Below are positions 28,363 through 38,638 of a stretch of 64,000 bases of DNA, in pieces (position 1 is the stretch's first letter; every line of letters starts with the position of its first letter). The notes beneath the pieces are model-generated. The model was not told the origin of the DNA. It saw only the letters and a list, made by a program, of their open reading frames with translations, and searched no databases. The DNA comes from a virus, in IMG/VR virus record IMGVR_UViG_3300048925_000129; one strand, written 5' to 3'. Position numbers and translations under genes: made by a program.

Positions 28363-28808
28363 TACTCGTAATTTCTGGTTAAACTGTCACAATATTCATT
28401 CCACTTGTTACCATCATGACCTCTCACCCATTCAACTTTGATATAAGGGTGTCTTAATCCATGAATTTCTTTCCACAGTGCCAGATTTTCAACTGTTTTC
28501 TTCTGTGAATTTTTCCAGTTCTTTTTCTCCCAACCTTTACACCACTCATTGTATCCTTTTGAACAGTATTGAGAATCAGTAAAGATTGTTATTTCTGTGA
28601 ACCGTTCCTTTGTCGTGGACTCCTCAGAAAGAGTATTTAAAGCCCAGCACAAACCTTCCTTTAAAGCTGTTAACTCCATTATATTGTTGGTAGTCAGCTT
28701 ATCCGATCCCCATTTTTCATATTGGTTCTCGTCTTCCTTAACTACAACAAAAGCCCACCCTCCATTTCGGGTGGACATTTGACAAGCTCCATCTGTGTAG
28801 ATTTCCAA
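28362..28808 (-). CDS. rnhA: Ribonuclease HI
   Basis: IYTDGAC, TTNNIMEL, TDSQY, WVRGH.G..NE..D. Confidence 0.95.
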   Translation of the reverse strand: MEIYTDGACQMSTRNGGWAFVVVKEDENQYEKWGSDKLTTNNIMELTALKEGLCWALNTLSEESTTKERFTEITIFTDSQYCSKGYNEWCKGWEKKNWKNSQKKTVENLALWKEIHGLRHPYIKVEWVRGHDGNKWNEYCDSLTRNYE

Positions 28809-28809
28809 A

Positions 28810-29400
28810 TTAGTCCTCTCTAGATGTTATTTCTTGTAATAGTTCGTCTAATCCCTCGGCTATGTTTGAGAAGATAACCACACTAGCTCTTTCTAATGGA
28901 TTCGTAGCTTCAGTCATTCCTGAATCCCCTTCCATATCTGCTGTTCCCGTACCATTAAATCCAATGTTTATTCTGGATTTCTGTTTGTTTCCTGTTTCAG
29001 TATCTGTTACTGAGATTTTTATAGAGACTTTTTTATTCTTGTAATCATCTTTTAAGAAAGGAATTTCTCCCTGAACTCTAGTTCCTGTTGGCTGGTTTTG
29101 TTGGTTGACTAACTCCATCAAGTGCTGAAGTATGAAGTCTGATTTACCATGTGATGGTGCAGCCTGAGCCCAATCTCCTACAGAGCTTCTTAAGTCTTGC
29201 TGTTTTGATTGGTCTTCAGCAGAAGTTTGATCTTCTACATTTGTTACTCCACTCTCTCCAGCTAAGGCTGCCTGTTTTCTAGCCTCGGCAGATCTTGCTG
29301 CTGCTTGCATGAATGCTAAAACTGCACTTGAATTTACCTTTTCACTACCTGCTCCCATAAATAGTGGGTTTACTTCTTGATTTTGATCTTGTGTGCTCAT
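28810..29400 (-). CDS. Hypothetical protein
   Basis: 196 aa, low-complexity N-terminus, own promoter. Confidence 0.6.
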   Translation of the reverse strand: MSTQDQNQEVNPLFMGAGSEKVNSSAVLAFMQAAARSAEARKQAALAGESGVTNVEDQTSAEDQSKQQDLRSSVGDWAQAAPSHGKSDFILQHLMELVNQQNQPTGTRVQGEIPFLKDDYKNKKVSIKISVTDTETGNKQKSRINIGFNGTGTADMEGDSGMTEATNPLERASVVIFSNIAEGLDELLQEITSRED

Positions 29401-29447
29401 AATTTTGTTGTTTTAATTTTTATTGTTTCTCTGAAAACTTAACTCTG

Positions 29448-29533
29448 CAAAGATATATCAAATTTTTGAATCTTGCAACTTTTCCTATGTTAAAATTTTG
29501 TTAAAGTATTTAATAATACTTTACTAAGGATTT
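29448..29533 (-). promoter_or_regulatory. Promoter with TTAACA box and an upstream palindrome
   Basis: TATCTTTG, TTG at 20 nt, TTAACA at 29488 and 29499, inverted repeat TAAAGTATT-N4-AATACTTTA at 29502-29523. Confidence 0.8.
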
Positions 29534-29552
29534 ATATTTCATATAAATTTCC

Positions 29553-30098
29553 TTAAAAGTCTAATGTTTCATTAAACTTATCAAAAGAATCTACGAAATT
29601 GGTTTTTTCTGTTACCCCTAATCTAACTATTCTCATTCTTCTAATGATTAACTTCCAGGAGTTTGGGAATCCCTTCTCTAGTCCAGCAAAGTCGTGTTTG
29701 TCAAGATAGGTTGAGTCCAGTTTCGTATGTTCATCCCAAGTTAGATAAATACAGTTTTGATCATGTGATTCGACTGACTTATGATTCCTCTTTGGGAAAA
29801 GGTGACAGATATTTACTTTTGTTGGGTAAGGAATTCTCTGTCCTGATTCCTCACTAACTTTGAATTTATATAACTCCTCAATGTGCTTCTCAAAATACGT
29901 CTCCAATTGTTTATTTTTAGGTTTGGGTTTCTTTTTAATAGGTGTGGTAGCTTTGGCAGTAATAGCTGTTCTTTGAAGTGGTTTAGCATCCTGCTTCATA
30001 GCACAGGCTCTACATCTATGTTTACTGAATATGTAAGTTTCTTCTCCACAAATTACACACTGTCTCTTTTTAGTTTTGATTGGCAACTTTCTTATCAT
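29553..30098 (-). CDS. NinG/HNH-like nuclease with N-terminal zinc finger
   Basis: CVIC...CRAC; CHLFPKR...N..YL...H. Confidence 0.6.
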   Translation of the reverse strand: MIRKLPIKTKKRQCVICGEETYIFSKHRCRACAMKQDAKPLQRTAITAKATTPIKKKPKPKNKQLETYFEKHIEELYKFKVSEESGQRIPYPTKVNICHLFPKRNHKSVESHDQNCIYLTWDEHTKLDSTYLDKHDFAGLEKGFPNSWKLIIRRMRIVRLGVTEKTNFVDSFDKFNETLDF

Positions 30099-30348
30099 AA
30101 TTAGTCTCCAAATATAATGGCTGCATTTGTTTCAAAATCAACATTGTCTGTATCATACAGAACTGCTAATAAACTGGCTAATGCTGTAGGGAAGTTAGTT
30201 CCATGAAAAGATATAGGCTCTATTTCACCATCTGGATGTATTCTATGTGCATCACCAGAATATGAAACCCCATCTCCTCTTTCCATCTCTATCTTAATGT
30301 TACTGAATCCTGCCAGTTTTAATACTGTTGCTAAAATCTCTGTTTTAC

Positions 30349-31317
30349 TCATGATAATTGAAATTTAAATGGTTTGTGTGGTTTAAATACTATTTTATTT
30401 ACTTCATTTTCAAAGATGAATGAACCCCTGTCAGTGTACATCTCATAGTTGGTTACAGCATCATTAAAATATCCCCAGGCTTCCCAACCTTCTTTTCCTG
30501 GCTTCTTATAGTCGATATCAAATCTTTGAACTGTAAGAGGGTTGTATTCAATTTTTGAAGTGTATCTTTTCCCATTTAAGAACATAGTAACATCAAAGTT
30601 TGTCTGCTCGACTTGGATATTCAAATCCTGAATCAATTTTTTAGGAGATTCTTTGTACCTGTTTATCTCATCAATTAAATTCAGAAGAACATCAAATGAT
30701 ACAGTTCCTAAGATAATCAAAATCTCTCTTAACTCTGATTCAAACTGTTTCTCTTTAAGTTCTTTCTCAATTATGTCATCAACCGTAGTCTCTGCCAAGT
30801 TCTCATACTCTAAATGATAGAAAATTCTGTTTGGTCTGTTTTTTAAGTATTGACTGATCTTTCCACTATTGGAAGTAAACAAGAATAGTTTCTTTCCTCC
30901 AGAGGCTCCATCTAGGATTGTTAAGAACTCATCTTGCAGCTCTTGAGTATTGTATATCTTTTCAAACTCATCAATGAAGAAAAGGGTGTTTTCTGAAGTA
31001 TTAACAAAATTCTTAAACCTGTCACCTGTGAAGGCTTCTGTGATCATAACAATCTTGGTTCCCTGCTCCATTGCCATTCTACAAGTCATAAGACAGACTA
31101 GAGTTTTACCGTTACCTTTGAGTCCTGAACAAAGTACACCTAGATTGGTAGGTCTATCTTTGAAAGTTGTCAGTATTTTGGTGGCCTTTTTATCTAACTC
31201 TCCATAAATTTTGGAAGGCAACTCTTTTAGAGGTTCCTCTACCAGAACGAAATCGGATTTCTCATCTTTTTGAGTTAATACAAAACTATTAATCTTGCTC
31301 TTTGTCTTTGTCTCCAT
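30349..31317 (-). CDS. AAA+ ATPase
   Basis: Walker A GLKGNGKT, Walker B FFIDEFEK, sensor TSN, arginine finger NRPNR. Confidence 0.9.
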   Translation of the reverse strand: METKTKSKINSFVLTQKDEKSDFVLVEEPLKELPSKIYGELDKKATKILTTFKDRPTNLGVLCSGLKGNGKTLVCLMTCRMAMEQGTKIVMITEAFTGDRFKNFVNTSENTLFFIDEFEKIYNTQELQDEFLTILDGASGGKKLFLFTSNSGKISQYLKNRPNRIFYHLEYENLAETTVDDIIEKELKEKQFESELREILIILGTVSFDVLLNLIDEINRYKESPKKLIQDLNIQVEQTNFDVTMFLNGKRYTSKIEYNPLTVQRFDIDYKKPGKEGWEAWGYFNDAVTNYEMYTDRGSFIFENEVNKIVFKPHKPFKFQLS

Positions 31318-31924
31318 TAAAATCTAAATATTTGTGGTATGTTGTAAAATAACAGCCTTCTGAGGTAATGATTACGTTTCCGTAGTCTTCCCAGATATCA
31401 ACTGTTGGATTTTTTGATAGTACGTTCTTTTTGTACTCTTGCATGGTGTTAATCAATTTCTGATCTTTGGATTTCATCAAGTCTAATTTATCCTTGTAAT
31501 TTTGAAGTTCAGCTCTTACAACTCTAACTCTGTTTAACATTTCGAGATTACTGTTGTCTACAGGAGGTTCTGGCTCTTTCTTGATATCCACTTCATATGA
31601 TTCTTCTATCAGTTTATCTAAACTGGCTTTTTGAATGAAGTAATCCTGGCTGTTGTTCCAAAACTTGTTTTTACTTGTTGTAGGCTTCATGTTGATGAAA
31701 TTCAGTATTGATCTAAGCTCTTTATGTAGCTCGTTTTTATAAGGTCTAAATCCTCCAACGGTCATGTCATAATGATCTTTCTTTTCGTTGTAGAATATGT
31801 AGTAGGTTGAATAGTCCACGTCACTGATAGCTTCTCCACTCAGATTATATTGTAGAATTTCCCATTCAGCATTCACTTCATCAATCTGAACGTAACCCTG
31901 AAGCTTTAATAATAATTTTCTCAT
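31289..31924 (-). CDS. Hypothetical protein
   Basis: ORF downstream of promoter at 31943-31973. Confidence 0.55.
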   Translation of the reverse strand: MRKLLLKLQGYVQIDEVNAEWEILQYNLSGEAISDVDYSTYYIFYNEKKDHYDMTVGGFRPYKNELHKELRSILNFINMKPTTSKNKFWNNSQDYFIQKASLDKLIEESYEVDIKKEPEPPVDNSNLEMLNRVRVVRAELQNYKDKLDLMKSKDQKLINTMQEYKKNVLSKNPTVDIWEDYGNVIITSEGCYFTTYHKYLDFNGDKDKEQD

Positions 31925-31942
31925 GTCGTTACTGTTAAAGTA

Positions 31943-31973
31943 CAAAGATAATAAAAAATATTGAGATAACCAA
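31943..31973 (-). promoter_or_regulatory. Bacteroidota-type promoter
   Basis: TTG-N20-TATCTTTG. Confidence 0.7.
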
Positions 31974-32004
31974 ATTTATTTGATTAAATTTTACCTTTAA
32001 AAAC

Positions 32005-32031
32005 AAAAAATCCCTCACCGAAGCAAGGGAT
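32005..32031 (-). terminator. Intrinsic terminator
   Basis: Minus strand ATCCCTTGC-TTCG-GTGAGGGAT followed by TTTTT (UUCG loop). Confidence 0.85.
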
Positions 32032-32051
32032 AATTTTTAAATCAGAAACGA

Positions 32052-32684
32052 TTACTTTGCAGCACCATTAACACTGATAGTACCGATAGCACCAGCTTTT
32101 GCTCTTTCGATAGAAGCCTGTCTTTCAGCATTCAACTGTTCAATTAACTGATTGTTTTGTTTCTCTAGGAACTCATTCTTCTCAGTTAGAGAAGCAATTT
32201 GAGATTTGCTCTCGATTGTATCAGTCTTGTGATTGGCTTCAGCTAGTTTAGCTGCTGCTTCATACTGAGACTTCAACGTGTTTCCTACGATAGCCGTAGC
32301 AGCATCTACCTCTTTCTTAGTGTTTGCTCTAGCAGTCTCTAAGTCACTTTGAAGAGTTTGGAACTCTGCCTTAGAGATAGCTATTTTACCACTTGTAGCC
32401 AAGTGATCACTTACCACCTTTTCTGAGTTTTCCTTGAATTGCAATCCAAATTCAACCTCTTTTTGTCTTAACTTTTCAGCATAAATAGTATTTAAATCTT
32501 CTATCTCAGAAGTTTTGTTAGCTACTTGAAGAGAAAGCTCTGCTGCTCTGTCTTCTAACCCATCTACATGAGCTATTGCTGCTTTGAACTCGGCTGTTGC
32601 TTTTGCTAGTGCATTAGCTGAAGCCCCAATTACTGTTTCTGTTGCTACGTTTGTTTTTCTTGTTGTTGCTTTAGGATTTGCCAT
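32052..32684 (-). CDS. Alanine-rich coiled-coil protein
   Basis: 210 aa heptad pattern. Confidence 0.65.
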   Translation of the reverse strand: MANPKATTRKTNVATETVIGASANALAKATAEFKAAIAHVDGLEDRAAELSLQVANKTSEIEDLNTIYAEKLRQKEVEFGLQFKENSEKVVSDHLATSGKIAISKAEFQTLQSDLETARANTKKEVDAATAIVGNTLKSQYEAAAKLAEANHKTDTIESKSQIASLTEKNEFLEKQNNQLIEQLNAERQASIERAKAGAIGTISVNGAAK

Positions 32685-32985
32685 AATGTAAATTTAAATT
32701 TAAGATGTTTTTGTTATTATATATGCTGTGTTTTCTGTTGTTATAACCATGCTTCCCTCTTTTATTAATGGATGGTCAAGCTTAATTGCCCCTTTATAAG
32801 ATATACCACGTGGGATGGATTTAACTGATTGTACTTTTGTAGGAATGCCTGTTTCTTTGATTAAGAAGTGAGTACCTTGGGGGAAAGTAACAGTATTTAT
32901 TACTTCCCACCCATTTGATAAATACTCATTTAAATCATCAGTTGCACTAGAATCATGGTTATAAACTGTGATTAATTTCTGCATC

Positions 32986-33570
32986 TTACTTCTTTTTTAA
33001 GTTGTACTTCACGTTGTCTACAATTAGATATTGAATCGTTCTTGTATCAACTTGTCTCAGTCTACTATCATAAGCTCCTGGAGCTGGAAGAGGTTTCTCC
33101 ATATCAACAAAGTTTACTCTACCAAAGTTATCCTGAGCACCATGCCATCTTCCTCTCATCACTCTAGGATCTGTCTTTTCTTTTGTGTCAACTGGTTTTG
33201 AAGCATATTCTTCAATTGCACTTGCACCCTTTGCCATGAAAGCTCTTCCTACTTCTTCAGCCCATGCTGCTCTTTCTGCTTTCAATTGTCTTACACCTTT
33301 GTCTTTTCCTTGTGGGATGAAACACACTGTCAGAACTCTGTAAGGATTAGCTAAGAAAATTTCAGCCAACTCTGTAGCTGTTTTGTCCTCCTCAGATGAA
33401 AAATAATCTCCTGAAACCAAGATATCACTATCAACATAATCTTTACTAAGGGTAATTTCGTTACCCATATCATCATTAACGATGATTCCTCCTTTACCAT
33501 CAGACTTTTCTACTACGTAGTAAGCTGTTTCTGATAAAATGTCTCCTTTTTTAAATGTTTGTTTACTCAT
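32986..33570 (-). CDS. Hypothetical phage protein
   Basis: 194 aa, C-terminal RQVDTRTIQYLIVDNVKY. Confidence 0.65.
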   Translation of the reverse strand: MSKQTFKKGDILSETAYYVVEKSDGKGGIIVNDDMGNEITLSKDYVDSDILVSGDYFSSEEDKTATELAEIFLANPYRVLTVCFIPQGKDKGVRQLKAERAAWAEEVGRAFMAKGASAIEEYASKPVDTKEKTDPRVMRGRWHGAQDNFGRVNFVDMEKPLPAPGAYDSRLRQVDTRTIQYLIVDNVKYNLKKK

Positions 33571-33580
33571 TGCTGTAATA

Positions 33581-34438
33581 TTACTTTTTGTTAACTGTTT
33601 TGTAGAATCCTCTTGTCACCTCTTTACCTTGAACTACGTTTGAAACGTATGCAAATTTAGAGCCTAGTGTTAATGACATTGCTGTCTCTAAACCTTTTGC
33701 TGTACCATCATACCCCAATGTGTTTGAAGCATGAATGTTAATGTCTTTCTGGATTTCTTTTACATCTTCATGAGTTCCTACAAAAGTGATAGTAAATCCA
33801 TTTTCCTCTAACTCAGAAATCATTTTCTTAATTTTTTCACTCGTGAACACTCTAGAAGAATTTTCTTCTCCGTCTGTGTAGATATTCACTAATACTTTAG
33901 CATCTTTAAAATCAGATGAATTTTTCAAATCAGATAGCATGTTAAGAGTTTTTCCAATAGCATCATAAAGAGCTGTTGCACTCCCCATCTGGAACTGTGG
34001 TATTGATGTTTTTAATGTAAGTTTTTTAACCTTAGCTATATAAATACTTTGAGCATAACTAAAGGTGGTAATTCCATAGAAATAATCCACTGGCTCCTTG
34101 CTTACTTTTAGAGCTTCTAATGATTCTCTAATTCCTGACACAGCTTTACCAATTTTGTCACCAGATCTCATAGATGTACTAACATCTAAAACGTCAACCA
34201 TCACAATCTTTGGCTTCTCCTGTTTTACAACTTTTGTTTTCTTAACTTTGCTAGGTTTCAGTGCCACATCTGTTTTAGCATCAGAAATGGTTTGTGACGG
34301 AGATCCGATCATGCCTTCTAAGAAAGCTTTGTAAAGGTCAGCCGTTGTATACCCAGCTTCCTTAGCTAGTTTTTCTCTTCTTAATAAATTAGCTTTCTTA
34401 AATGAAGCTAATGCTTTTTCAAAAAATTGAATACTCAT
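33581..34438 (-). CDS. von Willebrand factor A (vWA) domain protein
   Basis: MIDAS DVSTSM, TALYDAIG, TDGEEN. Confidence 0.88.
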   Translation of the reverse strand: MSIQFFEKALASFKKANLLRREKLAKEAGYTTADLYKAFLEGMIGSPSQTISDAKTDVALKPSKVKKTKVVKQEKPKIVMVDVLDVSTSMRSGDKIGKAVSGIRESLEALKVSKEPVDYFYGITTFSYAQSIYIAKVKKLTLKTSIPQFQMGSATALYDAIGKTLNMLSDLKNSSDFKDAKVLVNIYTDGEENSSRVFTSEKIKKMISELEENGFTITFVGTHEDVKEIQKDINIHASNTLGYDGTAKGLETAMSLTLGSKFAYVSNVVQGKEVTRGFYKTVNKK

Positions 34439-34454
34439 TATAAATTGTTACTTT

Positions 34455-35381
34455 TTAAAATTTAATAAAACCTTGGTTTACATTTAGGACGAACATTCCC
34501 AGCTTATGGAAATTTCTTGTCACCCCTATTCTGTCATCCAAAACTCCAACAACGTTGAATCTTGGTAGCAAGTCTCTTAATACTATTTCTTCTTTGACAA
34601 TACTGTCATTTCTTTGGTCTTTGGCTTTTCTCATGTAGATTTCAGAGTCTGTCATCCACAGGTTTTTATCTTTCAACCACTGAGTTGTTGTGTCCTTACA
34701 TGAATCCTGCCTACCTGATACAAACACTATCTTGAAACCATCTTTATGAAGAGCTCTGATAATATGTCCTACCTCTTTGATCTCAGTATCCAAGTGGAGT
34801 TTTGAGTCGTCAAAAATGTCTCTATCTCCTTTCAAAGCAACTGTTCCATCAATGTCTACAATGTAGGTATCTGGAAGAGAAGTATTGAATTTTACTTGTG
34901 GAGCTGTTTGAGGATAGTAAAGCTGCTGTCCATGCATTGATTTCTTAAGCTTCAGATACTCGTTATAGTGCTTCTCAATATAGGTAGGAACTGTAGCCAG
35001 ATTGTTTCTTTTTACAACTCTTTCCTGAGCCTCTTTCAAAGTAACATCACAGAATACTAATTCAATGTCAGCCAAATGGTTGTACTTAAACAAAATCTCA
35101 TCAATGTATTTCTTTTGAAGATGGGTGTTGTCAATTACAATGTTCTTTCCTTTATGTAAAGCATTGTAGATAGTATCTTCAATAGTTTCAGAAACTAAAT
35201 CCTCACATGCTCTGATGTCTTTTCTGTTGTAATAAGTTTGATCTGATTGACTAACTCCAAACAACATTGTTCTGGCATCATCTCTGTTAACTCTGATTGT
35301 ATTTTTGTCTTTTAGTAATGGAGCTGAGAATGTTGTTTTTCCTGCTCCAGATATACCGATTAAAACGGTGATTATACTCAT
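34455..35381 (-). CDS. pseT: Polynucleotide 5'-kinase/3'-phosphatase (T4 PseT-like)
   Basis: GISGAGKTT, NRDDAR, HAD motif DIDGT, SGR, DDR. Confidence 0.93.
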   Translation of the reverse strand: MSIITVLIGISGAGKTTFSAPLLKDKNTIRVNRDDARTMLFGVSQSDQTYYNRKDIRACEDLVSETIEDTIYNALHKGKNIVIDNTHLQKKYIDEILFKYNHLADIELVFCDVTLKEAQERVVKRNNLATVPTYIEKHYNEYLKLKKSMHGQQLYYPQTAPQVKFNTSLPDTYIVDIDGTVALKGDRDIFDDSKLHLDTEIKEVGHIIRALHKDGFKIVFVSGRQDSCKDTTTQWLKDKNLWMTDSEIYMRKAKDQRNDSIVKEEIVLRDLLPRFNVVGVLDDRIGVTRNFHKLGMFVLNVNQGFIKF

Positions 35382-35417
35382 AGGCTTGGTTGTTTTAGTT
35401 GATTAATTATTAGATTG

Positions 35418-35473
35418 CAAAGGTAAGAAAAAGAAATGACATATGCAAATTTAAAATGTTAAAACTTTGTTAA
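35418..35473 (-). promoter_or_regulatory. Promoter with TTAACA box
   Basis: TACCTTTG, TTG at 20 nt, TTAACA at 35457 and 35468. Confidence 0.8.
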
Positions 35474-35478
35474 AGTTA

Positions 35479-35976
35479 TTAGGCTAATCTTAATTTACTA
35501 AGAAAATCTCTTAGGAAAACATTCTTTTTACCTCCTAATCTTTCAATATAGTGCTCTTCAGTCTCAGGAGTACGATAAACTGTTAAAACCATATCTCCGT
35601 TTACAAGGGGACCCCCAAAATCTCGGTCAGGGTACTTTTCTTTATCCCAAACTCTCTCATCTACTAGGAAGTTTACTGAGGTAAGTTGATCTCCTAAATC
35701 TGGTTCGTGAAACTTAGCATAGTCAATATTATTTACAATAAGCTCGTCCAGATACTGATTTAAGGTTCCCTTACTGTCTCCTTGATACCCCATGTTTGTT
35801 GTGCCACCATTTAAAATAATGAAAGTTTTATCATTATTAGCCCAGTATTGAGTCTCAGGTTTGTTCATGTGCTTCATCATGTACTCAACTACTCCATGAC
35901 CATGTTGAATTCCTTTCTGGATATCTGAAATGTTATACGGAACTAAACCGTACATTCTGTATCGTAATCTATTCAT
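35479..35976 (-). CDS. Peptidyl-tRNA hydrolase 2 (Pth2)-like protein
   Basis: Q.GH, W...KTFIIL, FHEPDLG..LTS motifs of phage Pth2-like proteins. Confidence 0.72.
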   Translation of the reverse strand: MNRLRYRMYGLVPYNISDIQKGIQHGHGVVEYMMKHMNKPETQYWANNDKTFIILNGGTTNMGYQGDSKGTLNQYLDELIVNNIDYAKFHEPDLGDQLTSVNFLVDERVWDKEKYPDRDFGGPLVNGDMVLTVYRTPETEEHYIERLGGKKNVFLRDFLSKLRLA

Positions 35977-36434
35977 TATCTAAATGTTTTCTTTGAATTA
36001 TTCCTCTTTGTCCTGTTTGAGGATTATAGTAAGCTCCTATACTGTCCCCATCACCTTTTGCTGGATCATATCCAATGATGTATTTGCTTTCAGTTTTGAA
36101 CTTTAATCTGTGCTGATGAAAGAGTGGAAATCCTAGGACATCCACTCCTATACAAAATGTGATTATCTTTATCATTCTCTCGGTCTACTCCAACCTTTTT
36201 TACCTGTTGTTTGAATTGTATCTGTAGTTTTCACATAGAAAGGAATCCAAGTTCTTTCCTTTTTGACCAACATCTGCTCCTCAGTGTAATACTCTTTGTT
36301 GATGTCAATGTCTTTATTGTTTCGGATTAGCTTTTCCTGAGGAACAACCTCTCTGACAATCTCCATTGTTTCATAACTTGAAGGAGTTAATCTAAACCAG
36401 ATCAAAATTGGTATTAAAATTAAAGCAGATAGGA

Positions 36435-37217
36435 TTATTTTGAGGAGTATATTACGTCTGTATTCCACGGCTCGTCATTTTTTAGGTTAGAAATATTGGT
36501 GAATGAAAATAGTGTAATTGCTACTAATAAAATAAAGGTAGTTATTCCTATAAAAGGACCAATTCCAGTAATCAGTGCTACTAAAAATAAAAGTGTTGCA
36601 GCAAGGAATATAACAGATCTAGCTCTGTTGGATGCAAAATCCCTGTTATGTCTATCTCCTAAGAACCATAGTTTTCTAGTTTCTTGGAAATCATTACCCC
36701 AGTTGTGAACTTGAGAGAAAACATCTTCTAATTGAGCTTTATTTTCATAACTATTTCTCTTATCTGTTCTATAGAATAAGATAGGATCTCTATCCAGATA
36801 AAACTGTTTAGTTTCAAACATTTCAACTGGAGCCAAGATGAACATCTCTCTATCAGAGATGGGCAGCTTATTTTTATCACAAAAATCTTTGATGTAATCA
36901 GCCGTATCAGCAGGAACTGTTCCTTTGTAATAGGAAGTCGGCAGCATTCTCAGATTATACATATTACAAAGTTCTTTAATTTGAGCTCCTGTATAAGAAT
37001 CTACTTTGTACCTCTCTTCCACAGCTTTAGTTCTTTTGTAGTCCTCTGTAAGTCTAGGCTCAATAGGATTACTGGAAAGACCAGCCTGTTTCAGGATTTT
37101 CTCTGACTCATTATCATACCCGATAAGTAAAGTCTTCACCTGATCTACAACACTCTCAATAGGAGCATTCTCTCTTTGTTTTACTTTTTGTAGTTCTGAT
37201 TTTAATTTTGCACTCAT
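36435..37217 (-). CDS. Hypothetical membrane-anchored protein
   Basis: Two C-terminal TM helices; soluble part resembles 21089-21937. Confidence 0.6.
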   Translation of the reverse strand: MSAKLKSELQKVKQRENAPIESVVDQVKTLLIGYDNESEKILKQAGLSSNPIEPRLTEDYKRTKAVEERYKVDSYTGAQIKELCNMYNLRMLPTSYYKGTVPADTADYIKDFCDKNKLPISDREMFILAPVEMFETKQFYLDRDPILFYRTDKRNSYENKAQLEDVFSQVHNWGNDFQETRKLWFLGDRHNRDFASNRARSVIFLAATLLFLVALITGIGPFIGITTFILLVAITLFSFTNISNLKNDEPWNTDVIYSSK

Positions 37218-37495
37218 TGCACTAAATTTTACCGTTTTTAAGGATTAAAATGTTTCCGTCTCGAACCCATTTGAGTTCATATTTACCTGTGACTATAACA
37301 TAATCATTTGTTGTCCAGTCTCCTTCTCCATGACCACCTCTGGAAGTATGACTTCCTGCTGCTCTGAATATTCCTGTAACATCCTGACTTTTGTTATAAA
37401 CCAGTTTACCTTCCAAATCTTTTGGGGAGTAGTCTGTTCTACCGTTTGTTTGTCTCACGGTAGGAATTAGTTTGTCTCCCCAAGTTGTTTCAATT

Positions 37496-38638
37496 TTAAA
37501 ACTTTGTTCCTGCATGTACTGTGTCTAATCTAAATTGTAATAAAAGATCTTTCATTCTGTCTATACTAACTTCCTCTGGAAGATCTACTGTAATGTAGTT
37601 TCCTTTGATAATATGAAACCTGTGTTCTGCTTGTTTCATCAAATCATCATAGTTGTACTCTCCTGCTCTAATAGCTCGAAGAAACTCTACGTTATCTGAT
37701 TTCACTTTAAGACCTTTTCCTGTGGAAATGTTGTCAGCCATATCTAAAAGTCTGAAGAGGTGAGACATGTTTTTCAGATCGACACCCTGTCCTGCCTTTT
37801 GATTAGCATTAAATCTCTCCTCATTTCTCTCAGCTTCCCACTCCCAATACTCCTTGTGATCCTTACAATGAACTTGGAAACCATCTAAGTTGTAATACAT
37901 AGTGATTGCCTCGAAATTTGCTGCCAATTCTTTTGGAATAGAAGATAATCTCAGATTGACTGAATTCTCATCTTTAATCAATCCTCTGAACTGGTACTTG
38001 TTTTCGTTGTCAACATATAGACCATGAAGCCCTTTACCTACTGGAAGATCAACCAATCCACATGTATCCAAATTGATGTTCAACTGGTTTGCCCATGTTT
38101 TAAGTGGAATTGAATTATGACCTGAAATAATGTAACAGAAGTCTAAGATTGACTTTCTCTCCTTTGGTTGAGGATTATTCATTTTCTTGTTTAATCCTGT
38201 GGCTTTCTTGATCTGAGAGTCTGCATAACCTAAGATGGTTTTTTCAGTAAGTGTTGTGATCCAAGGTTTTGGGTCATCAAACACATGCATAGAAGGATCT
38301 TTATAGATGATACAGTTTTCTGGAATATCCAAAGCCTCAATCATGTTAGGATTATTCTTTGCCAGGAGTTCCATGAAATTCTGGATCTCAAACCCAACTA
38401 CATCATCTCCACCAATCTTCATATCCTTCTTGTAGTTATTCTTTAAGATCTCGTTAACTGGCTGCTTGTACACAAAGGTGATATCCACATCTGATTGTGG
38501 AGTGTTTGTTCCGTACATATGGCTACCTCTTACGAATGCCAATAGAATTTTAATGTTTCTGGACTTCTCAATCTGAGGAATAAGCTCTCTGAAGTTTTCT
38601 TTCTCTGTTTCAAAATCCTGTGCTTTTAAGTGTGCCAT
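37496..38638 (-). CDS. Pol-beta superfamily nucleotidyltransferase (YcgL/RlaP-like)
   Basis: GSHMYG..TPQSDVD, NPNMIE, K...HLFRLL, LRAIRAG. Confidence 0.88.
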   Translation of the reverse strand: MAHLKAQDFETEKENFRELIPQIEKSRNIKILLAFVRGSHMYGTNTPQSDVDITFVYKQPVNEILKNNYKKDMKIGGDDVVGFEIQNFMELLAKNNPNMIEALDIPENCIIYKDPSMHVFDDPKPWITTLTEKTILGYADSQIKKATGLNKKMNNPQPKERKSILDFCYIISGHNSIPLKTWANQLNINLDTCGLVDLPVGKGLHGLYVDNENKYQFRGLIKDENSVNLRLSSIPKELAANFEAITMYYNLDGFQVHCKDHKEYWEWEAERNEERFNANQKAGQGVDLKNMSHLFRLLDMADNISTGKGLKVKSDNVEFLRAIRAGEYNYDDLMKQAEHRFHIIKGNYITVDLPEEVSIDRMKDLLLQFRLDTVHAGTKF

